Origin: an uncultured delta proteobacterium
GTDB taxonomy: Bacteria; Desulfobacterota; Binatia; Binatales; Binataceae
Assembly (NCBI GenBank): GCA_963724765.1
Contig: CAVRVY010000003.1
Location: forward strand, 1,536,001-1,600,000
Length of the DNA stretch: 64,000 nucleotides
Direction of reading: 5' to 3'
Shown here in pieces: positions 1-10,106 of this stretch. How positions within the stretch are numbered: the stretch's first letter is position 1; each line of letters opens with the position of its first letter. The translations under genes were made by a program, and so were the position numbers. The notes under the pieces are model-generated. The model was not told where the DNA came from. It did not search any database and saw nothing but the letters and a program-made list of their open reading frames with translations.

Positions 1-237
1 CCGCCGCTCGAACTCGCGCATCAGGAGACCCGCTCGCCGTTCACGCCGTTGGGGACCAAGGGAGTCGGGGAATCGGGTGTGGCAGGCATCCTGGGCGCTA
101 TCTGCGGCGCGGTCGAAAACGCCTTGCCGGAACTCGATCTCCGGCTGCTCGAGATGCCACTTGCCCCCGAGCGTCTGTGGCGCGCGATCCAGGCTGCGCC
201 GAAGCGCGCAGCCAACGGCGGAGGCACCGTTCGATGA
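1..237 (+). CDS. C-terminal end of a xanthine oxidase-family molybdopterin large subunit (CoxL/XdhB-like), partial
   Basis: Frame reads ...TRSPFTPLGTKGVGESG...AVENAL...EMPLAPERLW, the family C-terminal KGxGE motif. Its TGA overlaps the next ATG (ATGA at 234-237). Confidence 0.85.
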   Translation, partial: PPLELAHQETRSPFTPLGTKGVGESGVAGILGAICGAVENALPELDLRLLEMPLAPERLWRAIQAAPKRAANGGGTVR

Positions 238-1649
238 TTACCCAGGAATTCGAGTTTCGCGCGCCGGACAAACTCGACGAGGCGCTAACCCTTCTGGCCG
301 AGGGCGGCGACGACGTCAAGCTGCTCTCGGGCGGGATGAGCCTGATGCCGATGATGGCGCTCGGGCTGGTGCGGCCGCGCATCGTGCTCAGCCTCAACCG
401 CATCGACGGCCGCGGCTACGTGCGAGAAGATCGCAACGCGCTGCGAATTGGCGCGGGCACGCGTCACTACGAGATCCTGCGCGATCCGCTTATTGCGCGG
501 CACTGCGCGCTGCTGGCCGAGGCGGCCGCCTTTATCGGCGACACGCAGGTGCGCAATCGCGGCACCATTGGCGGCAGCATCGCCCATGCCGACCCGGCGG
601 CGGACTATAGTCCCGTGCTGGTCGCTACCGGGGCGCGCGTGATCGTGCGGAGCCTGCGCGGCGAGCGCGAAATAGCCGCGGACAAGTTTTTTACCAACCT
701 GATGGAAACGGCGCTTAAGCCCGACGAGATCGTAACGGAAGTCCTGGTCCCCAAGCTGGGGGCGGCGCGCGGCGCGTATACTCGGTTCCATCGCGTCGAG
801 GGGAACTTCGCGATCGTCAATGCCGCGGCAATTCTGAGCGATGGACACGCGCGAGTCGCGCTGGGCGGCGTCGGATCCACGCCCGTCGCACTCGACGTAA
901 GCGCGGAACTCTCGCACGGGGTCAACGCTGAGGCGCTCGAAGCCATTGGCCGGCGCGTGCGCGCCGCCTGCACCGACGCGCCCGCGGACCTCAATGCCAG
1001 CGCCGACTATCGCCGCCAGATGGCCGCGGTTTTCGCCGAGCGCGCATTCGCGATCGCGGCCGGACGCACGCCGTCGCAGCAGACGCCCGAGGTCGGGAGA
1101 AAAACCGCCCCGCCCGCATCAACGCCGCGCAAAACCGGCATGGTTGGCGGACCGCTTCGCACCGCAATTGCAGTTTCCGTAAACGGACAGCCGCGGCGCC
1201 TCGAGGCTGATAACCGGATGGTGCTGGCCGATCTGCTGCGCGACGTGATTGGGCTTACCGGCACGCACATCGGCTGCGGCACCGGAAGCTGTGGCGCATG
1301 CACGGTGATGCTCGACGGGCGCACGGTCAAGAGTTGCTCGGTGCTGGCCGCGGACGTCGACGGATGCGCGGTCGAGACGATCGAATCGCTGGCCTCCGAC
1401 ATCCATCATCTGCATCCGCTCCAGGAATCCTTCGTGCGCAACCACGGCCAGCAGTGCGGCTACTGTACGCCCGGGATGGTGATGTCGGCGTTGCAGCTGC
1501 TGCGCGACAATCCCAATCCTGACGAGGCCGCCATCCGGCACGGGATTTCCGGCAACCTTTGCCGATGCACCGGCTATCAGTTCATCGTCAATGCGATTTC
1601 CGACGCGGCGCGCACTCTCGGCGCGGCCAAGTCGCAGCCGCCGACATAG
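234..1649 (+). CDS. Fused FAD-binding (CoxM-like) and [2Fe-2S] (CoxS-like) subunit of a molybdenum hydroxylase
   Basis: N-half has SGGMSL, VRNRGTIGGSIAHADPAAD and SADYRR. After a P/T/A linker come GCGTGSCGAC and QCGYCTPG...NLCRCTGY. Confidence 0.9.
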   Translation: MITQEFEFRAPDKLDEALTLLAEGGDDVKLLSGGMSLMPMMALGLVRPRIVLSLNRIDGRGYVREDRNALRIGAGTRHYEILRDPLIARHCALLAEAAAFIGDTQVRNRGTIGGSIAHADPAADYSPVLVATGARVIVRSLRGEREIAADKFFTNLMETALKPDEIVTEVLVPKLGAARGAYTRFHRVEGNFAIVNAAAILSDGHARVALGGVGSTPVALDVSAELSHGVNAEALEAIGRRVRAACTDAPADLNASADYRRQMAAVFAERAFAIAAGRTPSQQTPEVGRKTAPPASTPRKTGMVGGPLRTAIAVSVNGQPRRLEADNRMVLADLLRDVIGLTGTHIGCGTGSCGACTVMLDGRTVKSCSVLAADVDGCAVETIESLASDIHHLHPLQESFVRNHGQQCGYCTPGMVMSALQLLRDNPNPDEAAIRHGISGNLCRCTGYQFIVNAISDAARTLGAAKSQPPT

Positions 1650-1674
1650 CCTCGCACGGCGGCGGCGGCCCCGC

Positions 1675-2427
1675 TCAGCCGCGGCTGACCGCGGGGCTTG
1701 CCGGCTGATGGTTGTCGGCGCGCGCGCCGCCGATGAATACGTCCATCGGAACGAGCGGCGGGCGGCGGCGGCGCTTTAGGTCATCGAGTTCCGCCTGGAC
1801 CTTGGCTTCGGCGTTGCGGCGACGAATTTCTTCGAGCTTTTGATCGATCTCGGAGGCGTGGATCTCGCGGTTTACACCGGACTGCGTCAGCATCTGCTGA
1901 ATTGATTCGCGCACTTCCTGCAGCGCTCGCAAGTCCTCGTCGTAGGAAAGTTCCTCCAGTGCTCGCTCGACTCGCATCCTGGCCTGCGCGTTGCGCAGCC
2001 GCGCCAGCATCCTGACCTTCTCCGTCTTGAGCTTATCGATCTCGCTCTTGAAGCCGACGAGATTCTTCTTCGCGTCCTCCGCTTCGACGGTGAGCTGCGA
2101 AAGCTCCTCTTTCACCCGCGCGCAGTCGGCCTCAAGCTCGTGCTTGCGGCGGATCAGAATCAGCGCGCACTGGTCCTCGTTGAGGTCGGCCGCCTGCCCG
2201 GCCTGCTCCGCGACTTCAGCCAGCTCGGCGGATTTTTGCTTCAGCTCGCGCTCGAGCTTGTTGCGCATGTATATCGCACCGGCGGCCGCGTTCTTGAGCT
2301 GCTGATAGCGCCGGATACGGTCCGAGATCGCGGCTTCGTATACCGCTTCCGGATCGTGCGCTTCGCGCGACTTGAGCCAGCGGCTGAGTTTGCCACTGAC
2401 CAGGTTTTTCAGTCTGGAAATGAACAT
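1675..2427 (-). CDS. PspA/IM30 family coiled-coil protein
   Basis: Starts MFISRLKNLVSG...EAHDPEAVYEAAI, followed by long heptad coiled coils; 250 aa; AAGGAG RBS. Confidence 0.8.
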   Translation of the reverse strand: MFISRLKNLVSGKLSRWLKSREAHDPEAVYEAAISDRIRRYQQLKNAAAGAIYMRNKLERELKQKSAELAEVAEQAGQAADLNEDQCALILIRRKHELEADCARVKEELSQLTVEAEDAKKNLVGFKSEIDKLKTEKVRMLARLRNAQARMRVERALEELSYDEDLRALQEVRESIQQMLTQSGVNREIHASEIDQKLEEIRRRNAEAKVQAELDDLKRRRRPPLVPMDVFIGGARADNHQPASPAVSRG

Positions 2428-2475
2428 CGCGAGTTCTCCTTTTCTGCGGCGAGCGCCACTCGTCTCGTCGCTCCG

Positions 2476-3933
2476 TTATTCGTCTTGCGGTTTCAGTCCG
2501 AGGTTGTCGACGCTGATGCCAAGTTCGCGCATCTTTTGCTGAAAATTCTGCCGGTATATCCCGGCCCGCTCAGCGGCGCGCGAAATATTGCCGCCCGTGG
2601 ACCTGAGCGCATTGATGAAAAAATCGCGTTCCCACTGCCCGACGAATTTTTCCTTGGCCTCGCGGAACTTGACCTCGCCGCTCTCTCCTGGGGTTTCAGC
2701 CGTCACGGCCGCGGCAGGAATCCGCGCCGCGTCGTCATGGCTGGACGCGTCGGCGCCACCGCTTACGGAGCCGCCGAGCAGTTCCGCCGGCGTGATCTCG
2801 GTGCCCGAGGATAGAATCACTGCCTGTTCGATCGCGGCCTTGAGCGAGCGCACGTTGCCGCGCCACGGATTCTCCACGCACGCCCTCATCGTTTCGGGTG
2901 TCAGCGTCTTGTGCGGCGTGGCGAATTGCTTGCAGGCCTCGTCGAGAAAGTGCATCGCGAGCGATGCGATGTCCTCGCGCCGCTCGCGCAGCGGCGGGAC
3001 GCGTACCTCGACCACTTTGATCCGGTAGTAGAGGTCCTCGCGGAAACGCCCATCAGCGGCCATCAGTTCAAGGTTCTGGTTGGTCGCCGCGATTATGCGC
3101 ACGTCGGCCACGAGCGACTGGTTGCCGCCGATTCGTTCGAAACGCTTTTCCTGGATGACGCGCAGCAGCTTGGCCTGGGTCTCGAGGCTCATGTCGCCAA
3201 TCTCATCGAGGAACAGGGTTCCACCGTCGGCCGCCTCGAACTTGCCCTCGCGGCGCGCGACCGCACCGGTGAAGGCGCCCTTTTCATGGCCGAACAGTTC
3301 GCTCTCGACCAACTCGCGCGAAAACGCGGCGCAGTTGACCGGAACGAACGGACCATTGGCGCGCGGGCTGCGGCCGTGTATCGCGCGCGCGACCAGTTCC
3401 TTGCCGGTCCCCGACTCTCCGCGGATGAGCACGGTTACGTCGGTCGGCGCGACTTTTTCGATAGTCTCGAACACGCGCATCATCGCGCGTGACTGCCCGA
3501 TCATCCCGGCAAAGCGTCCGCTCTCGAGGTTCACCTGCTCGACCAGCCGGTTGTAGGCGCGGCGCAGCAGCTGTTTCTCCATCACGTTGCGGACTTTGAT
3601 TCTCAGTTCGTCATTGTCGAATGGCTTGGGCAGATAGTCTTCCGCGCCGGCCTTCATTGCTTCGACCGCGATGCGCTGCGTTCCGTACGCCGTGATCATC
3701 AGCACCGCGCATGCGGGATCGAGATGGCGCACGCTGCGCATCAGGTCGAGCCCGCTCATCCCCTGCATGCTCAAGTCCGTGATAATCACATGGAACAGGC
3801 CGGCCTTGACCTTGGCGAGCGCCTCTTCGCCCGACTCCGCGGTTTCGACCTCGTAGCCCTCCTTGCCGAACAGTCCCTTGAGCGCGACCAGGATGCCGTG
3901 CTCGTCATCGACGATTAAGAGCCTCCCCTTCAT
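2476..3933 (-). CDS. Sigma54-dependent response regulator (NtrC/AtoC family)
   Basis: REC domain (IVDDE, TDLSM), Walker [23 protein letters not shown]-terminal Fis-type HTH ([13 protein letters not shown]). Confidence 0.95.
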   Translation of the reverse strand: MKGRLLIVDDEHGILVALKGLFGKEGYEVETAESGEEALAKVKAGLFHVIITDLSMQGMSGLDLMRSVRHLDPACAVLMITAYGTQRIAVEAMKAGAEDYLPKPFDNDELRIKVRNVMEKQLLRRAYNRLVEQVNLESGRFAGMIGQSRAMMRVFETIEKVAPTDVTVLIRGESGTGKELVARAIHGRSPRANGPFVPVNCAAFSRELVESELFGHEKGAFTGAVARREGKFEAADGGTLFLDEIGDMSLETQAKLLRVIQEKRFERIGGNQSLVADVRIIAATNQNLELMAADGRFREDLYYRIKVVEVRVPPLRERREDIASLAMHFLDEACKQFATPHKTLTPETMRACVENPWRGNVRSLKAAIEQAVILSSGTEITPAELLGGSVSGGADASSHDDAARIPAAAVTAETPGESGEVKFREAKEKFVGQWERDFFINALRSTGGNISRAAERAGIYRQNFQQKMRELGISVDNLGLKPQDE

Positions 3934-5513
3934 CGGCGTTGCGCGGCCTCGGCATGCTGCTGGGCCGGATTGGCCGGCGTTTGCTTCGCATCGGCGGGCG
4001 AGGCGTGATTGAATCCGGCCACGCCCGGTTGGCCAGGTTGGTCGGCCTGGTCGGCTTGATCGGTCTGGTCTGGCTGGTCGGGCCGGTCGGGTCGGTCGGG
4101 TCGGTCTTGGGCGCGCGCAGCGTCGGCCAGCGGAATCGACAGCCTGAACTCGGTGCCGGTCCCGGCCTTGCTCTGGACCTCGATTCGGCCGCTATGGGCG
4201 TCCATCACTTTCTTCGCGATACCCATCCCGAGTCCGGTGCCGTTTTTCTTGGTGGTATAGAACGGATTGAAAATCTTCGGCAGCTTGTCTTCGGCGATAC
4301 CGCATCCGTTGTCGCGGATCACCACGGTGGCCGTGCCCGGATGGAGGCTTACGATTCCGAATTCCAGGCGCCGCTCGCCCGCGTTCGATTCCATCGCATC
4401 GATCGCGTTGTCGATGACGTTGGTGAAGACCTGGCGCAGCTTGTCGGCGTCAGCGCGGACCGTCGGCCCCCCGATATAGTTGCGCGACACGCTGACCTGG
4501 TTGGCTTCGAGCTTGGCGCGCATCTCCGTGAGCGCGTGGTCGAGCACCGACGCCAGCCCCACGTTTTCGAAACGGTAGTCGGTTTCCTTGGCATACTTGA
4601 GCAGATGAGAGACGCTGCGTTCGACCCGCTCGAGTTCGTCGAGCGCCACTTTGGCGTACTCCACGTTCTCGTTTGAGATCGGATCCTCGCCCATCTGCTG
4701 CACCAGGCTTTTCGCCGCGGCGATGGGATTGCGGATTTCATGTGCGAAGCTGGCGGTAAGCTCATCCAGCGAGGCCTGCTTCTCGGTGCGCAGGGCCTCC
4801 TTCTCGCGCGTGACCTCGCGTTGTACCTCGCGTTGGACGGCGGGTTCGAACACGCGCTCGTGGATCCAGCGCCATCCGTATACGCCGCCGAAATGGCTGG
4901 CGAGCCCGATACCCCATCCGACCGCCGGGAAGATCCACCATTCGAACGAGGGGCTGACGACAAGATTCACAATCAGCATCGATCCGATGACGATCCCGTA
5001 CCACATCAGGTGAACATAAAAGCCGGCCTCGCGCGCGGCGCGCCGGCGGGCGCGCTTGTAGGCCTTGACGTCCTCGTCGCTATCGGGCTGCGATTGGCGG
5101 TCCTGCTTGAACTCACCGCGTCGGTCGGGTCCAGGCGTCCCGCGCGATTGCGAAGCCGCGGCGCCGCCGGGAGCCGCCGTGCCGCCGCGAAGCCTCTCGG
5201 CCTCGCGCCGTAGCTTTGCTTCCGCCATTTCGAGCTTGCTCGCGACCTTGTGCCCGACGTCGGCGGCCTGATGCCGCACGTCGTGGGCCCAGCGCTCCCA
5301 ATCCTGCCACTGGCGGGTCCACTTATCCCACTTGTCGTTTCCGGCTAGCCCGCTCTGGTGGGCGCGGCCGGCTTCGCTCTTGGCGTCTTCGCTGGACTGC
5401 ATTCGTTCCCATCGGCGCGACCACTTGTCGCACTTATCCCCGCTATAGATTCGCCGGTACTTACGCCGTTGGAAGAGGGCGAAAATTATGATCAGTGCAA
5501 TGAGGAAACCCAT
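3930..5513 (-). CDS. Sensor histidine kinase with a 2TM-like membrane domain
   Basis: H-box FAHEIRNP, N-box [10 protein letters not shown]-boxes DNGCGI and GTGLGM. The segment GFYVHLMWY...[16 protein letters not shown] resembles the 2TM domain. Stop overlaps the regulator start. Confidence 0.9.
   Translation of the reverse strand: MGFLIALIIIFALFQRRKYRRIYSGDKCDKWSRRWERMQSSEDAKSEAGRAHQSGLAGNDKWDKWTRQWQDWERWAHDVRHQAADVGHKVASKLEMAEAKLRREAERLRGGTAAPGGAAASQSRGTPGPDRRGEFKQDRQSQPDSDEDVKAYKRARRRAAREAGFYVHLMWYGIVIGSMLIVNLVVSPSFEWWIFPAVGWGIGLASHFGGVYGWRWIHERVFEPAVQREVQREVTREKEALRTEKQASLDELTASFAHEIRNPIAAAKSLVQQMGEDPISNENVEYAKVALDELERVERSVSHLLKYAKETDYRFENVGLASVLDHALTEMRAKLEANQVSVSRNYIGGPTVRADADKLRQVFTNVIDNAIDAMESNAGERRLEFGIVSLHPGTATVVIRDNGCGIAEDKLPKIFNPFYTTKKNGTGLGMGIAKKVMDAHSGRIEVQSKAGTGTEFRLSIPLADAARAQDRPDRPDRPDQPDQTDQADQADQPGQPGVAGFNHASPADAKQTPANPAQQHAEAAQRR
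4025..4106 (-). repeat. 9-bp degenerate tandem repeat encoding DRP/DQP/DQA tripeptides in the kinase C-tail
   Basis: Translates as [28 protein letters not shown]. Confidence 0.8.
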
Positions 5514-5575
5514 AACTTAAAGCGCGGCCGCGATGCGCGTTTTCCAAAGTTTATTCTTCATTGAGGCAGATGGGG

Positions 5576-5591
5576 AGCAAGCATGATGCCG
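5576..5591 (-). promoter_or_regulatory. Putative sigma54 (-24/-12) promoter of the kinase-regulator-pspA operon
   Basis: Minus strand CGGCATCATGCTTGCT has exact GG-N10-GC spacing with TTGCT and lies ~60 nt upstream of the kinase ATG. Confidence 0.7.
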
Positions 5592-5778
5592 TCGCGAACG
5601 TCCTGCAAAAGGCAGAGAAGCGGCAGTTTTTGGCCAGCCAGGTGTGCAGCCGGCGCGGCCGCCGCAGTCGTTGTACTGCATGGCGCGTACTGCATCGCGA
5701 GTTCCCACGGCGGCGGGCGGTTTATCCCGAGCGATGTATCCGACGATCCCGGTCGGGTATTCTTGATCGCAATCCCAT

Positions 5779-8475
5779 ATGGGCAATCCCATCTGTCGGC
5801 GGAGTTCACCGTTGTTTCGTGTAATCCAAATTGCCGCGCTTGCGTTCGTGGCTGCGATCTTCGTGGGAAGCAGCGTTTCGCGCGCCGAATCCGTTTATTC
5901 CCTCGCCACCACGCCGGGCAGGCTGCCGAAAACCGTCATACCGACGCACTACGTGATCGACCTCAAGCCCGACCTCACCACCCGCGCGGTTTCCGGTTCC
6001 GAGGTCGTCGATATCAAGGTTCTCGCGCCGACCGATCGCCTGGTCCTCAATGCGCTCGACATGGTCCTTCGGTCTGCGTCGCTCGAAGGCGAAGCGGGGC
6101 AGGTGGCGACGATTACGTTGCAACCCAAAGCCGAGACCGCGACGCTCGCCTTTCCCCATGCGCTCGCGCCTGGACCGCATAAGCTGCGCATTGCGTTCAC
6201 CGGCCGCATCAACAGTTTCGGCCGCGGACTCTTCGCCGTCGACTATCCAACCGGGCATGGCCGCAAGCGGATGATCGCGACCGAACTTGAGCCCGCCGAT
6301 GCGCGCCGGGTGTTTCCGTGCTGGGATGAGCCGGCTTTCAAAGCGAGCTTCGAGCCCACCGTGACCGTACCGCGAAACTTTCTTGCGCTCTCCAATATGC
6401 CGATTGCGCACGAGGAGCCGGTCGGCGGCGCATCGAAGCGCGTTTCGTTCGCGGCGACGCCACGGATGTCGAGTTATCTTTTCGTGCTCGTCGCAGGCGA
6501 TCTCGAACGGCTGACTGGCGACGCGAACGGGGTCACGGTTGGCGTCGTCACGGTCGCGGGCAAGCGCGAGCAGGGGCGCTATGCGCTCGCCAGCGCGATC
6601 GACCTCTTGCGCTACTACAACGATTATTTCGGGATCAAATATCCGCTTCCCAAGCTTGACCTGATCGCGGTTCCCGGCGGCGTCGGCGGCGCGATGGAGA
6701 ACTGGGGCGGCATCGTCTTCAACGAAAGCATCCTGCTCTTCGACCCGTCTGCGAGTCCCGACGCCCTGCGCCGAGGCATCTTTGTCGTGCTTGCACATGA
6801 GATGGCTCATCAGTGGTTCGGCGATCTGGTCACCATGGGATGGTGGAACGATCTGTGGTTGAACGAAGGCTTCGCCAGTTGGATGCAGAACAAGGCGGCC
6901 GAGCGGCTGCACCCGGATTGGCAGGTGTGGCTCAACAGCGGCGGCGCAAAACAGGCCGCCATGGATGTGGATGCGCGCCACACAGCGCATCCGATTCAGC
7001 AGGCGGTCGCCGATGAGAGCGAGGCGGAATCGGTCTTCGACAGCATCACGTACAGCAAGAGCCAGGCCTTCATACGCGAACTGGAAAATTACCTGGGCGC
7101 CGAACAATTCCTCGATGGCATCCGGCGCTACATGGCCGCCCACGCCTATAGCAATGCGACCACGGCCGACCTCTGGCTGGCGCTTAAGCGCGCCTCCGGC
7201 AAGCAGGTCGCGGCCATCGCGGCGCCCTACACCGAGCAGCCGGGCGTGCCGTTAATCGTAAGCAACGCAAGTTGCGTGAACGATCGGCAGCGGCTCATGA
7301 TCCGCCAAGAGCGTTTCATCAAGGGCACCGCCGCCGCCGACGTTCGTGCGCAACTCTGGCAGGTGCCGATCGCCTTCGGTCCGCCGGGCGCCAAGGAGCC
7401 GAGCGGAGTCGTATTGCTGCAAGGAAAAACCATGGAGATCGCGGCGGGGCGATGCGGAGAGCCGATCAAGCTCAATTTCGGAGACGTGGGATATTATCGC
7501 GTGCAGTACGACTCCGCCACCGACGCCGCGCTGGCCAAGTCGATCGAAACGATGGCGCCGGCCGACCGCGTCAACCTGCTCGCCGACAACTGGGCGCTGG
7601 TCGAAGCCGGCCGCATCACGGCGGACAGGTATTTCAGGCTGGTCGACGCGGTTGTGGACGATCGCAACCGTGCCGTGTGGGAGCGGGTGACGGGCACGAT
7701 CAGCCGCCTCGACGATCTCGAACGCGGCCTGCCCGGCAGGCCGGCGTTTCAAGCCTATGCGCGATCGCGCCTGCGCCCGGCCTTCGACCGGCTCGGATGG
7801 GATCGTGCGGCGGGCGAATCCCGAGGCGATACGGCAGACAATACGATCCTGCGTTCCAGGTTGATCGCAGAGTTAGGCGGCCTGGGCGACGGCGCGGTGA
7901 TCGCCGAGGCGAAGCGGCGGTTCGCCGCGTTCGTGAAGGACCCGCGATCGCTCGACGTGAATTTGCGCGGCCCGGTCATCTTCATCGCCGGCCGCTATGC
8001 CGATGGCGCGACCTACGATGAGCTGCGAGCGCTCGGCCGCAAGGCTACCAGCACTGAGCTACGCGTGCGGTACTACATCGCGCTCGCCGCGGCGGTGAAT
8101 CCCGAGCTGGCGAAGGAGACCCTCGCGCTCACGCTGACCGATGAGGTGCCGGTCGACCTTGCCAACGGCATGATTCTGACGGTGGCGTCGGGGGAACATC
8201 CGGAACTCGCGCTGGCTTTCACCAAGGCGAATTTCGAGGCGCTGGCCGCCAAGCGGGGCCCCACCTTCCGCGCGTTCTTCATGTCCTCGCTGATGACCAA
8301 CTTTGCCGACGACACGCATGCCGTGGAACTGGCCAACTTCGCGCCGGTACACGAGACGGCCGGCGGACGGATAGCAGCCGCGCGCGCCCAGGAGGAGATC
8401 ATCGAAGCGGCGGAGTTCCGCGCGCGACAGATCCCGGCTGTTGACGAGTGGGTGAAGGAGCATCCGGCGCCGTGA
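5779..8475 (+). CDS. M1 family zinc aminopeptidase (PepN-like, ERAP1-type C-domain), probably exported
   Basis: GAMENWG and HEMAH-x18-E motifs, ELEPADARRVFPCWDEP, N-terminal hydrophobic signal. Confidence 0.95.
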   Translation: MGNPICRRSSPLFRVIQIAALAFVAAIFVGSSVSRAESVYSLATTPGRLPKTVIPTHYVIDLKPDLTTRAVSGSEVVDIKVLAPTDRLVLNALDMVLRSASLEGEAGQVATITLQPKAETATLAFPHALAPGPHKLRIAFTGRINSFGRGLFAVDYPTGHGRKRMIATELEPADARRVFPCWDEPAFKASFEPTVTVPRNFLALSNMPIAHEEPVGGASKRVSFAATPRMSSYLFVLVAGDLERLTGDANGVTVGVVTVAGKREQGRYALASAIDLLRYYNDYFGIKYPLPKLDLIAVPGGVGGAMENWGGIVFNESILLFDPSASPDALRRGIFVVLAHEMAHQWFGDLVTMGWWNDLWLNEGFASWMQNKAAERLHPDWQVWLNSGGAKQAAMDVDARHTAHPIQQAVADESEAESVFDSITYSKSQAFIRELENYLGAEQFLDGIRRYMAAHAYSNATTADLWLALKRASGKQVAAIAAPYTEQPGVPLIVSNASCVNDRQRLMIRQERFIKGTAAADVRAQLWQVPIAFGPPGAKEPSGVVLLQGKTMEIAAGRCGEPIKLNFGDVGYYRVQYDSATDAALAKSIETMAPADRVNLLADNWALVEAGRITADRYFRLVDAVVDDRNRAVWERVTGTISRLDDLERGLPGRPAFQAYARSRLRPAFDRLGWDRAAGESRGDTADNTILRSRLIAELGGLGDGAVIAEAKRRFAAFVKDPRSLDVNLRGPVIFIAGRYADGATYDELRALGRKATSTELRVRYYIALAAAVNPELAKETLALTLTDEVPVDLANGMILTVASGEHPELALAFTKANFEALAAKRGPTFRAFFMSSLMTNFADDTHAVELANFAPVHETAGGRIAAARAQEEIIEAAEFRARQIPAVDEWVKEHPAP

Positions 8476-8547
8476 GCCAATGATTTCCTTGTCTCGGTAA
8501 GATTGCCTAGTCTCAGTAACTGATGGTTGTTTCAGCGGAATTCCCTT

Positions 8548-9069
8548 TCACTTCTGGCCGCGGCCGGATTTGATTCCGATAGTGCGTCCGGCTCTTTCCG
8601 GCCAGGGCAGCGTCTTGTGCGCCGCCGCGAGGAGACCGAGCCGGCGCATCGTCTCGTCAGGCCAGGGCGCAGCTCGCCGCGTCTCATGGTCGACGTTAAT
8701 CATGAGCAGCTCGTTGGTGGCTACCAGCCAGCCCTCATCGGCATGGTACATGATATGAAAAAGATGCACGCGCTTGGCGTCGTGGTCGAGGATCTGCGAA
8801 GTGATTCGCAACGGCGCGCCGAGGCGGACTTCGCGCTCGTAGGTGATGTGGGCCTCGAGCACGAAGACCATGCCGAGGTTGTGCTCGAGGTAGAGAGGGC
8901 CCACTCCGAGCAGATCGCATAGGGTGTCGGTGGCCTGGTCGAAGGCGGTTATGTAAGCCGCGATATTCATGTGGCGGTTGACATCGATCCACTCGGGCCG
9001 CACGGTGGCGCGATGACAGTCCAGCGGCGCGCTTAGGTCAAGCTCAGGAAGAGGATACGGAAAGATCAT
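8548..9069 (-). CDS. Hotdog-fold thioesterase (4HBT-like)
   Basis: VRPEWIDVNRHMNIAAY motif and EAHITYEREV. Confidence 0.85.
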   Translation of the reverse strand: MIFPYPLPELDLSAPLDCHRATVRPEWIDVNRHMNIAAYITAFDQATDTLCDLLGVGPLYLEHNLGMVFVLEAHITYEREVRLGAPLRITSQILDHDAKRVHLFHIMYHADEGWLVATNELLMINVDHETRRAAPWPDETMRRLGLLAAAHKTLPWPERAGRTIGIKSGRGQK

Positions 9070-9211
9070 TTAAGAACGCTCTGGCACTCTGCAGTTTAGA
9101 TAATAGGTGATCCTGACCAATAGTCGCGACGACTTCTCCGGTAAAGAGATAACTTAGGAGGCCTCTCGCTGCGCGCATTAGCGTACCGCACGCGTCGCGG
9201 GGAAAATAACC

Positions 9212-9889
9212 ATGGCTGAGCAGACGACTTACGGCCCGGTCGCGACGCATCTGCGGTTCGAAAACGAGCATGTGCGTGTGTGGGAAATGGATCTTGCCAC
9301 CGGCCAGATCTGCGAACTGCATCGGCATCCGCTCGACTACATTTTGTACATACTCGAAGGCGGCAGGATCGCGGTGGAGTCGCCTGGGATGACCTCGAAT
9401 CGCTTTCCCGGCCAAACCACGTATGAGCTGGAAGTCGGCGCGCGGACAATTTCATACGTCCCGGCGGGCGGCGCCGAAAGCGCTCGCAACGTCAGCGGCG
9501 CGGGCCGTTTTCGTGAAGCCTTGTTCGAGATTCGCCGGCCGCTCCCGCCCGGCATCGCCAACCCGAGCTTCGCCCTGACCGAAGCCGCCGCCGGCAGACC
9601 GCCGGAGCGGGGAGAGGTGATGCTGCTCGAGAACAGCCGCATCCGCGCGCTGGAAGTGACCCTCGCCCCCGGCGACAAAGCCGGGCCGCGAGCGCATCCG
9701 CGCGACACTGCCGTATTCGTGATCCAAGGGGGACGGGTGCGATGGCGCGAGGCGCGCGAAGGCACGGAGCGTTCTCAGGAAACCGAGCTCGCTTCGAGTA
9801 CTGTGCTCTGGCAACCCGGCGGATGCGAGCGCGAGCTGACCAACGTGGGCGCGCGCCTGTACCGCGAGCTGCGCGTCGAGTTGCGCTGA
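9212..9889 (+). CDS. Tandem (bi-)cupin protein
   Basis: Two repeats: FENEHVRVWEMDL...HRHPLDY and LENSRIRALEVTLAPG...RAHPRD. Confidence 0.75.
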   Translation: MAEQTTYGPVATHLRFENEHVRVWEMDLATGQICELHRHPLDYILYILEGGRIAVESPGMTSNRFPGQTTYELEVGARTISYVPAGGAESARNVSGAGRFREALFEIRRPLPPGIANPSFALTEAAAGRPPERGEVMLLENSRIRALEVTLAPGDKAGPRAHPRDTAVFVIQGGRVRWREAREGTERSQETELASSTVLWQPGGCERELTNVGARLYRELRVELR

Positions 9890-10106
9890 GCCGCGTACAT
9901 AAGTGTCTTTCGTTATTCTCTCCCCTGTGTTTTGGGGGAGCAGGTCAGAAAGTGCTCAACCAGTGATTCGCGAAGTTTCGTGTGCGTAAAGCAATCGGGG
10001 GGGGTCGAGAGGTCTAAGGCCTCGCCTTGCGGCGCTTAATTCTCTGTATTACAGCGTGACTACTGGTCTCCGTTTTTCGATCTCCACTTTTTTGGAGCGA
10101 CACGAC

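Noticed and set aside
1-1649. Aerobic CO dehydrogenase
   Set aside because: The diagnostic AYxCSFR loop lies outside the window, and the gene order is not coxMSL.
2445-2460. Sigma54 promoter directly before pspA (TGGCGCTCGCCGCA)
   Set aside because: GG-GC spacing is 8, not the required 10.
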